A stretch of 64,000 nucleotides of DNA from an uncultured virus (IMG/VR IMGVR_UViG_3300009181_007169) (taxonomy: Duplodnaviria > Heunggongvirae > Uroviricota > Caudoviricetes), in IMG/VR virus record IMGVR_UViG_3300009181_007169. One strand, written 5' to 3'. The position numbers and the translations under genes were made by a program. The notes under the pieces were generated by a model. That model searched no databases. It saw only the letters and a list, made by a program, of their open reading frames with translations, and had not been told where the DNA came from. Shown here piece by piece: positions 29,671 through 38,000 of the stretch. The number at the start of each line of letters is the position of its first letter. The first letter of the stretch is position 1.

Positions 29671-29749
29671 TGGTCTACATGGCTGGATTTGAACCAGCGT
29701 ACTCAATCTCCCAAGGATTGCGAGGTAAGCCAAACTCCTCAACATGTAG
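29671..29749 (-). tRNA. trnP: tRNA-Pro(TGG)
   Basis: C1-G72, A73, loop CTTGGGA. Confidence 0.92.
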
Positions 29750-29848
29750 ATGAATTTTCGGCTGGATGAAGGGCGTCCTTAGTCATCCACTTACGGGTCA
29801 CCACTTAGAGAGAGTTTAATTCAACCTTGGTACCACCACGATATTTAA

Positions 29849-29860
29849 TTGTCAATGTTC
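29849..29860 (-). promoter_or_regulatory. boxA-like element upstream of tRNA array 2
   Basis: GAACATTGACAA immediately after the attenuator terminator. Confidence 0.45.
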
Positions 29861-29865
29861 ATAAT

Positions 29866-29902
29866 AAAAAAACCCCCGAAAGTTTTTGTCCTTCGGGGGT
29901 TT
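29866..29902 (-). terminator. Intrinsic terminator (attenuator) between leader peptide 2 and tRNA array 2
   Basis: AAACCCCCGAAGG-ACAAAAA-CTTTCGGGGG-TTTTTTT. Confidence 0.88.
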
Positions 29903-29938
29903 GTAGCTTGTCAAATACGCGACTAGCCACTACCCCGA
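29893..29938 (-). promoter_or_regulatory. Antiterminator hairpin of attenuator 2
   Basis: TCGGGG/CCCCGA, GTGGCT/AGCTAC and GTC/GAC pairings; sequesters the 5' arm of the terminator and contains the leader stop codon. Confidence 0.75.
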
Positions 29939-29983
29939 TGAGGGTGCGTAGGCTGGATAGAGATGTCGTAGCGAATTTGTCAT
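29930..29983 (-). CDS. Putative attenuator leader peptide 2, MTNSLRHLYPAYAPSSG (17 aa)
   Basis: AAGGAA RBS at 29990-29995, ATG 29983, TAG 29930-29932; codons match array-2 tRNAs. Confidence 0.82.
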   Translation of the reverse strand: MTNSLRHLYPAYAPSSG

Positions 29984-30030
29984 TTTAGTTTCCTTTTTTA
30001 AATATTATGATTATAAGACGTAATTACCTT

Positions 30031-31038
30031 TTAAAAAGTTTCAGTTTTTTTTACTTTTAAAATTCTATCTTTCGTGAAACAAATAGGTTCTTTTTTGATT
30101 GAATTGCTCACCTCTAAGTCATTTTTACCAACAATAGAATGTGTAGAGCTATTGCTATTCCCGAATTGTGTGAAAGGAAGTTTGCTAATTTGAGAGATAT
30201 TATAAATGTGAACTTGAGTTTTCGCACTTCTTTCAATCTTCCTCAAAATCTTATGCAAAGTCTTTGATTTAAAAACTTTTTTGAAAATAATGTCTTTAAA
30301 TTGCTCAGAAAAAATAATGCTATCTCTGAATTCGTAAACATTTCCAACATTTATTTTGAAATTACCCCTAATGTCTTCTGATATCCAGCCTCTTTTAATG
30401 AATGCTAAGGCGTTTTTTTCAATTTCTGTCCACTCTTCTTCACCTCTTGTTATAAACGGATAACGAAACCTAGCAAAAGCAATAAAATTGAGTTCTGCTT
30501 CACTGATGCCATGCTTTTTCATCAATTTATTGCGATTAAACTTAGTCAAGTTCAAAACTTTTGCTTGAAAAACATCTTCTGGCATTAGCTGTGGGGCTAT
30601 TCCCCAATTAAAATTCGTGAAAAAATTTGAGTATTTTTCTTTCAAAAAGAAAAGATTAATCAAAAAAATTGCTCTAGACAGAAATGAACTTTTTTTATGT
30701 AATAATCTTTCTCGAAATGTTGTTTTATCCTTTTCCTTAGGTATTTTCGAATCTAAGCTTGAGCCTGATAATGGACGCAAGCGTTGTGTTTTGCGCTCAT
30801 CCTGATAAATAAGACTAGCATCAGCTTCCAAAAATCCTTCTTTATCCTCAAAAATAGAAATGTAAGGTGGGGATGTATCGTAATTAATAAGATCTATTAC
30901 TTCTGGGACCCCAGGTAATTCAGATGCTAAGTAAATAATTCTTTTTTCTGGCTCATCATCCACTTCATTTTTTTTTGAAATAGCTTTTTCAGACTGTGTT
31001 TTTTCAACTAATTTATTCTCAGATGCAATTTCACTCAT
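30031..31038 (-). CDS. Hypothetical protein (335 aa)
   Basis: Long ORF with a TGTATAAA element 6 nt upstream. Confidence 0.65.
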   Translation of the reverse strand: MSEIASENKLVEKTQSEKAISKKNEVDDEPEKRIIYLASELPGVPEVIDLINYDTSPPYISIFEDKEGFLEADASLIYQDERKTQRLRPLSGSSLDSKIPKEKDKTTFRERLLHKKSSFLSRAIFLINLFFLKEKYSNFFTNFNWGIAPQLMPEDVFQAKVLNLTKFNRNKLMKKHGISEAELNFIAFARFRYPFITRGEEEWTEIEKNALAFIKRGWISEDIRGNFKINVGNVYEFRDSIIFSEQFKDIIFKKVFKSKTLHKILRKIERSAKTQVHIYNISQISKLPFTQFGNSNSSTHSIVGKNDLEVSNSIKKEPICFTKDRILKVKKTETF

Positions 31039-31057
31039 GTACTATTTATACACAATT

Positions 31058-31474
31058 TTACCTTACTCTAAAAAAAGTTGAATAATGATCACCTGTATAA
31101 AAAACTTCACCTTTTTTTCCAATTACCACTCTTTGTGAGCCTGGGAAAGGAAAACCGTTCATTTGATGGACAAATTCTCTATAATATTGAACATCTGTGC
31201 TTACTGGAAGTTTACGTAGGGAATTAGAAAAAAATGTACCATCATTATTGTGGTTTAATTTTTTACCCAATCTAATTCTTTCTACCGTAGGATTGACATC
31301 CATTCTACCTTGGTATATCAACCTTCCAAAATCAATCACTCTTACATTTGGTAAAACATTCACTCGTCCGATAACAGAGTTTATATGTGGTCTGCCAAAA
31401 GTAGCTTGTGAATAAGAAGAAGAAAAAACAGCAAAAAAAGCAGTTAAATTCAATATTGTTTTAGTTATTTTCAT
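31058..31474 (-). CDS. Secreted barnase/RNase Sa-family (guanyl-specific) ribonuclease
   Basis: Signal peptide; F.N..R.LP....YYREF, G.QRVVIG..GEVFYT.DHY.TF with catalytic E, R and H. Confidence 0.85.
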   Translation of the reverse strand: MKITKTILNLTAFFAVFSSSYSQATFGRPHINSVIGRVNVLPNVRVIDFGRLIYQGRMDVNPTVERIRLGKKLNHNNDGTFFSNSLRKLPVSTDVQYYREFVHQMNGFPFPGSQRVVIGKKGEVFYTGDHYSTFFRVR

Positions 31475-31483
31475 TTTTATCCT

Positions 31484-31684
31484 TTACGAAGTAAAATCTG
31501 GAAAAATTCTATGATTTGAATCAACATAACCATGTTCAATTAAAACATCAACGATACAATGTATTTTTGCTTCTTCAATAAGATTTTTTGAAATCCTATC
31601 ATCACAATCTCCATGATCTTCAGATAGAGCAATATTAAAATTGTCATTTACAATATTCAATATTTTGTTGTAAGCTCTAATCAT
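31484..31684 (-). CDS. Hypothetical protein (66 aa)
   Basis: ORF upstream of the RNase in the same operon. Confidence 0.5.
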   Translation of the reverse strand: MIRAYNKILNIVNDNFNIALSEDHGDCDDRISKNLIEEAKIHCIVDVLIEHGYVDSNHRIFPDFTS

Positions 31685-31906
31685 ATTTTATTTTTGTTTA
31701 AAAATTGTTTTTAACCTTCAATTAAGATTGTGTGAGAATATTTACGCCCTTTTCCTTACACTGACGGCATTCTCTATTTTATTATACATATTTTTTTTTC
31801 CTTAGTTCTAATTTAGATTAATTAAGATTAATTAATATATTCTTTTCCTAATTAGTGAAGGTCATTTTTTTTAAGGATTTTTTTTTCTTTCTTGTAAAAT
31901 ATAAAT

Positions 31907-32239
31907 ATGGTTTTTTCAAAATTATTTAAAGCTGCTTCACTTATTCAACACTCTCGACCTGATTTATCGAGTGAATTAAATAAAATTGCACAAGATTTAT
32001 CACAATCTATCGCAAACAACTCAACAGAAAATCTTGGATTAAATCCAAACATTAAAAATTTCGCAAACCCTTCAACACAATCTGAGCAGAAAAAAACACA
32101 TAAAATAACATTCACAGTTGATGTGCCACCTTCTTGGGGGGAATTAGAAATTATGAATAAACTTTTGCCTGTATTAAAACAAATGGACGCAACAGAAAAA
32201 GACTTAGAAATCAAGGGTTACCAGTTTACACAATTTTAA
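31907..32239 (+). CDS. Hypothetical protein with KxA-ending N-terminal leader
   Basis: LFKAASLIQ....SSELNKIAQ. Confidence 0.6.
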   Translation: MVFSKLFKAASLIQHSRPDLSSELNKIAQDLSQSIANNSTENLGLNPNIKNFANPSTQSEQKKTHKITFTVDVPPSWGELEIMNKLLPVLKQMDATEKDLEIKGYQFTQF

Positions 32240-32242
32240 TGT

Positions 32243-32854
32243 ATGGAAAATAAATCATCTCGAATATCTTTTGCAAAAGATAAAATCACAAATTTTCAGA
32301 AAGGTGCCACAGGAATAACTGGCACATCAAAAAAAGCAACAGATCCCACTGGAAGTATTGATGGATCAATTCTCGGTCTTGGTGCAGTGTTTTATAATTC
32401 TTCAGAACAACTCAAAAAAAGTTTGGATAAACTTGGTGAAGCCATGAATTTATCACAAAATTCTGAAAATGAGAAGCAAGATTCAGAAAATATTATTGAC
32501 AGTCATGAAGAAGAAATAGAACAAGATACTTGGAACACGAGTTTGGACGATCTTACAGAAGAGGAAGTGATAAAAAATCTTAATCAACATTTAGGTTATA
32601 GACCAGCTAAAGTTGATTTAGCTTTAAGAGTGGATAAAAACGGGCAAATTTTACCTCAAAACGTAATTGAACCAGAAACTTTTAATGGAAAAGCAATTTC
32701 ACAAAATGTTTTCATTCCTGATGCTCCAGTGAGTGAAAGAAAAATTATAGAAACAAGCACTAAATCTATTAAAGACTTATTTTGCAGAAATTGTGGTTCA
32801 CAATATTTAGAAACAGATAACTTTTGTGGTGGATGCGGAAATAAAAGAAATTAA
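32243..32854 (+). CDS. Hypothetical protein with C-terminal zinc ribbon
   Basis: FCRNCG......NFCGGCG. Confidence 0.65.
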   Translation: MENKSSRISFAKDKITNFQKGATGITGTSKKATDPTGSIDGSILGLGAVFYNSSEQLKKSLDKLGEAMNLSQNSENEKQDSENIIDSHEEEIEQDTWNTSLDDLTEEEVIKNLNQHLGYRPAKVDLALRVDKNGQILPQNVIEPETFNGKAISQNVFIPDAPVSERKIIETSTKSIKDLFCRNCGSQYLETDNFCGGCGNKRN

Positions 32855-32888
32855 AGGCTTTGAAGCTTTTTTTCTTTAAATAATTTAT

Positions 32889-33560
32889 GTGTGGTATTCA
32901 GGATTTTTAAAAACAGCATTAAGAAAACACAATCTAAGAATGGATTTACGTGTTTATCTTGGTGATGAGCTTGAGCCCGCAAATCAATCTGAAATTCAAT
33001 CTAAAATTAAATCTATTCTATCTTCTGCAATTGTCAAAGGTTTGGATATAATTGGGATTGTGTCAAGGTTTGGTGTTCAAACTGGTTACATAGCAAAAAA
33101 ACAAGCGGAGTCTACCGCTATTGATTTAAAAGTAATTCCTGGTCAAGATTATCTGAGCTCAGATGGTGTAAAAGCAGTTTTTTATAATATTCAACAGAAC
33201 ATAAAACCTGGATTGAATATTCAACAAGCTATACAATTGTGCAAAAAACAAAATGGAAAAGTTATGCTTTATGATCTTTCTAAAAGTCAAGCAAGGTCAG
33301 TGGCTGGATGGCAATCCACGCCTTATGAACCAGATTTTATAGAGATTTATAATGCACATTCTAAGGCATATAAGGATTTAGACGTGGATTATCCGAGGGT
33401 CATTTCTTCAGCAGCTCGTTCTGGTTCAGAGCTTGAAGATATACCAGTGTATACAGAAATTTCAAGAAATAAATTAGTTAATTTTGGTTTAATTGGCGAG
33501 GAAGAAGGTTCAGATTATGTGCCTAAATATTTAGAAAAAATAGAGGGAAAAAATGGCTAG
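32889..33560 (+). CDS. PHP-fold protein lacking metal ligands (probably inactive)
   Basis: MDLRVY, GLDIIGI, VIPGQDY, IEIYNA and SSAARS align with PHP motifs (DLHxH, GLD.IAI, VIPG.E, E..N, GSDAH). Confidence 0.6.
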   Translation: MWYSGFLKTALRKHNLRMDLRVYLGDELEPANQSEIQSKIKSILSSAIVKGLDIIGIVSRFGVQTGYIAKKQAESTAIDLKVIPGQDYLSSDGVKAVFYNIQQNIKPGLNIQQAIQLCKKQNGKVMLYDLSKSQARSVAGWQSTPYEPDFIEIYNAHSKAYKDLDVDYPRVISSAARSGSELEDIPVYTEISRNKLVNFGLIGEEEGSDYVPKYLEKIEGKNG

Positions 33561-34041
33561 ATTATATTGTTCAAAAGAAGATGTTAAAAAATATTTGCCA
33601 CCAAATATTGTTGTTGAAGGCGACAATCCATCACCAAGCTACAGAAACCCAACCCCTGAGTCTGTTTTTAATATTGATTTGGATTATTTTATTGAACAAG
33701 CTTCTGATGAAGTAGATGGCGCATTAGCAACACAATATGATGTTCCACTCAAAAAAGTAAATTTCGATGGTGAAATTAACTATCCAAAACCAATTTTAGA
33801 AATTGTTGCTATTCTATCTGCCGCTAGAATTTTTGAGCAAAAGCTACAAGGCGCCGATCGGCAGATGTCTGAAGCTATAAAAGATAGAGTGAAATGGGCT
33901 TACGATCAACTTTATAAACTACAAAATGGGGAGCTAAGAATTTACGGCAATAGAAACACTAGGGGCAGTAGATTTGTAAGATCTCCACTACAAGGTGTAC
34001 CAAGAAATCCTGCTGAAGGCGGTAGAAGTAAGGGTGGTTAA
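33553..34041 (+). CDS. Head-to-tail connector (Mu gp36/DUF1320-like)
   Basis: YCS.EDV...IEQASDEVDG.L..QY.VPL...P..I..I...L..A..F....A...L..L..G pattern. Confidence 0.75.
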   Translation: MARLYCSKEDVKKYLPPNIVVEGDNPSPSYRNPTPESVFNIDLDYFIEQASDEVDGALATQYDVPLKKVNFDGEINYPKPILEIVAILSAARIFEQKLQGADRQMSEAIKDRVKWAYDQLYKLQNGELRIYGNRNTRGSRFVRSPLQGVPRNPAEGGRSKGG

Positions 34042-34047
34042 AAATAA

Positions 34048-35082
34048 ATGGTAGAAAAAATTTACGATACTTTGAAGGCAATTTTATATACAGACTTTCC
34101 TAAAAATTATCAAGGTTATCCAGAAATTTATGATAGAGTAATCCAAGAATGGTTCTTTGGTGATAGGCAGATTTTGCCTTCACCACTCGGAGTAGTTTTA
34201 AGAAATACATCCAGCAATATCAAAGATATTGGTTTTGGTTTGCGAGAAATCGACTATTCAATAGGAATCACTTTTTATTCCTCAAATGATGATAAAGAAA
34301 CTTCTGAAAGAGTGGTTTTAGAAGCAGCGCGTGTTGCGCATAGTATTTTGAAAAATCATAGAAGTATGTGGATTTGTGATCTATGCCCTTTTTGCGGTAA
34401 GTTGCCCTTAAGCCCCATACATTATATTGATACTGGTGTTGTAACTGGGGTGGCTATTTCTTCAGCTTCTTTGCCAGCGAGTTTTACCACAGGATTTATT
34501 TTTTCAGTAAATGGCTCGGCTCCTTTCACTAACCCTAACGCATACATAAGATTATCACAAGGTATTTCAGGAAGGGTAAATGTTTCAGAAATACTATCAT
34601 CTGGACTTGGAGTTTCAGCAACTACTTTTAGTAATGGATATTCATCAGGGACCTTAACTATATCTGGGGGATCTGGACATGTTGGTGCCTCTACTTCGGT
34701 TTTGAATAGCTATGTTAGTAATGTATTAACAGGCATAAATTCATATTGGCAAGAAACTCACACTACAAGCACACCCCCTTATTATGATTGGGCTGGAGTT
34801 GCATATCAGGCAGTGCAGGCTTTTATGTCAGATTGGCTTGCAGGTGATAAATCAGCATCTATCACTTCTGTGTCTAAATGGAATACAAACTTAAACTCTG
34901 TTGCAAATAACAAAGCAGATTTAATGAGATACTTACAAGACATTCAAGTAAGCGACGTAAAACCTTCAAATGATGGTATGAATGCAGCCTTTTTACACTC
35001 TGCTGAGTTCACAATGAAGGCAAAAGAAATTATAAGTGTTGATCAATTTGGTCCAAACAATGTAAATGTAAATGCGGTATAA
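34048..35082 (+). CDS. Putative tail completion/terminator-like protein with an insertion
   Basis: Follows the connector; N-terminal IYDTLKAIL..WFFGD..P..V and C-terminal FLHSAEFTM strands. Confidence 0.4.
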   Translation: MVEKIYDTLKAILYTDFPKNYQGYPEIYDRVIQEWFFGDRQILPSPLGVVLRNTSSNIKDIGFGLREIDYSIGITFYSSNDDKETSERVVLEAARVAHSILKNHRSMWICDLCPFCGKLPLSPIHYIDTGVVTGVAISSASLPASFTTGFIFSVNGSAPFTNPNAYIRLSQGISGRVNVSEILSSGLGVSATTFSNGYSSGTLTISGGSGHVGASTSVLNSYVSNVLTGINSYWQETHTTSTPPYYDWAGVAYQAVQAFMSDWLAGDKSASITSVSKWNTNLNSVANNKADLMRYLQDIQVSDVKPSNDGMNAAFLHSAEFTMKAKEIISVDQFGPNNVNVNAV

Positions 35083-38000
35083 TGACAACAATTCAAAAAT
35101 TCTTCACAAATATTGTTCACTCTAATGCAATCACTTATAAGGTGTTAGATGAAGCCATCGGTGATATGAATAAAAATATTGGAGTCAGCGCACACTTTTT
35201 TGAATCAGCCGCTGAGATTATTGGAAGCACAGTAACAGAAAATTTTGATTTAGCATCTATTTTTTCGCCGTATGAATCAGAAATACAATCTAATAACACA
35301 GATGCATTATTACAGAGTTTACAGAATGTAAAAATTGGTCTTATTAATACTGCAAGCTACCCTACTTTTGATGTATCTACTCACATTTCTACTTCAATTT
35401 TGAATTATAATTTTGGTTATAGTAGCACGTTTCTCTCTGGACAAATTTATTCATTAAGTGCAATTGGTTTAAATAAAACATCAGTAATTTCTATACCATA
35501 TTCATCAATTGATTTTTCAGGAAATCAATATAACTCTCATTTATTTGATGTTCCTGTAGATGTTGCTGTATATGGATTGGATAACTTTTCCATTTCAAGT
35601 GGATATATAAATTCAAACTTAATAAATTTTGAATATTCTTGGTCTTATGCACAACCTCAAACTAATCTTTTAGTAAAATTAAATTTTACAAACTCTTCAC
35701 CTACAAATTACAATTTAGTTTTCTATTGGGGCTCCAATGATGCAAATTTTATTTCTACAAATTACAACATCAATTCAAATTACAAGTATGTCGGCACAAA
35801 CTCATTTATAAATAAAATTGGAATTTATACCACATCAATTATTCAAACAAATTTGAGTTCTGTTTCTGGAAGAAAAAATTTTTGGTCTAACACAGTACCT
35901 TATTCTTTAGGTTTTACTACACAAAGTTTTGTTGACAACACTGCTTATTTATGGGCTAAAGATAGAATAAATGAAACTTATATTGATGGAGTATATTCAG
36001 AGCAATCACAGCCACAGAGATACCCTGCTTATGAAAATATTTTGTTTAATAGCTATTTAAGTTCTTCTCAGAATTTGATGTACTTTTATGGAGATTTTAT
36101 TACATCTGGGTCTAAACAAAATACATCATCTAATGCAAGTTATGATTTAAAAAACTTATTTAACACAAACTATTTTAGTGATGTTAAAGTTAAAAGCATA
36201 GAGCAATATTACAAAAGAAATATTCCTGGAAACTATATGGTTTTTCAGCAAAATCCTAAAAAGAAAAATTTACAAAACAATTTTTCATTAATACAACTTG
36301 ATCAGATTGTTCCCTCAGCTTTTGTAAAAGTGATAGAAGATGAAAATTTATGGGTTTCATTTGCTGAAAATTTACCAGACGCTAAAAATTATTTTCTTTC
36401 TCTGAATGAATTGAAAAATTTATATTTGAATACTTTAGATAATTTTGTTGCAGACTTATTCTTTGGAGTAAACTTTAACAATGTTGATAGTTATTTCATG
36501 GGTGAAAATTTAATAGTGTCTAGAAATACTTTAAAAAATTTCACACAACCTTACGGAACTACAGACACACCTCCTTTAAATTTTTCAGAATATGAAGAGA
36601 AATCAATTTTTGAAGCTGTGCATATTGTGTCAAGTAAAGAATTCATGGTTTTTGATCAAGGAAGATTAAGTTTATATTATGATTATGATTTGCCAGAAAA
36701 TACTCCATTTGAAATTTATAAACCTATAAGTTTAGTATGTAATGGAATTGATCCTTACAGCCAGGGTCAGGGTCTTGCTTTTGATTACACTCTTAACTTG
36801 ACTTTTGGATATAATAATCAAAACTTTTTAAATAAAACTCTTTATTTAATGGCTTCAAAATATATAATTTCTGAAAGTGATTACAATAATAGAATTTTTA
36901 ATAACCAAGACACAATCGGATATTATTGGTTAGCTAATCCCGATTCAACAGATTACAGTGATTATAGTGTTTCGAGCATTAATGAATTTAGATTATATGG
37001 ATATTCTGGACTAATACCTGATTTAAAAGATGGCTCAGTAGTTCCCATATTGACAAAATCATTTTCTCCAAAAGATTCTACAAAATATACGTATGAAGAG
37101 TTTATAGAATTTTTAAGAAGTCAAGGAATTACAGACCCAGACGATATTAACGAGGCAGTGCAAGAATACTTGGATCAGGGCAATTCTTTCTATACTGTGA
37201 ATTTGGATAAATTCTCAAATAATTTTAATTCCTTGAGCAGCATCTCAATTTGTGCAGCAAATTATGTTGTGAATCAAGCAAAATATTGGAACGAAGGGTT
37301 TGATCAGAAATTCCTCGAACCAGCTAAAGTTGATGATACAGGTTTTACCAATCTTAACGCAACAATCTTGAGTGGAATAGTTACAGCAAACACTGGTTCT
37401 CCTCCTTACATCATTTCAAACGTTCCAGTTGGATACAATTGCAAAGTAAAATCTATAACTGTAAATTCTTTTGGAAGTTCTTTGATTCCAGGAGGATACA
37501 CAGTTTGGCTTTTACCGCCTGATAATCAAAAAACTGATGAGCAACCGGCTCAAATTCAATTTAATGTATTATCAAGTGGAATTCTAGACCCATCATCTAT
37601 AGAAATTTTAAATCCTGGAGGGAATTTTTATTTTGGATTCAGTACAAATTTAAACGTTGGTTTTTCAACAACAGGTATTGGCACTACTAGCGCAAATATT
37701 ACAGTGAATCTGGACAATGTTGCTAAATTCACTGCTACTGTAAGTTCTTCATACATACTCACTAATTTCACACAATCTTCACCTCCGGCTATAGGGTACA
37801 ATGCTGGATTTAAATTTAATCCAAAAGCTTTTGTAGGTTTAGGCTATTCTTCTTTTGCAAATATTGATATCAAAATTAATAATGCTCCAACGATTGACTC
37901 TTTCTTAGTTGCTCCATCTAATTTACAACCTGGTGACCTTGAAAATATTAATAATTTTTCTACACCAAATACAAATTTGTCAAACTTGAACTTTACCTCA

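Noticed and set aside
29535..29753. 72-aa plus-strand ORF
   Set aside because: Antisense to tRNA-Ala/Tyr/Pro.
29829..29840. GGTGGTACC resembling the T-box riboswitch core
   Set aside because: It lies downstream of the terminator, has no Stem I/specifier upstream, and I could not find the complementary antiterminator strand.
31690..31900. AT-rich divergent intergenic region with AGATTAATTA twice, considered as a replication origin
   Set aside because: Only two short copies and no initiator gene nearby; adequately explained as divergent promoters.
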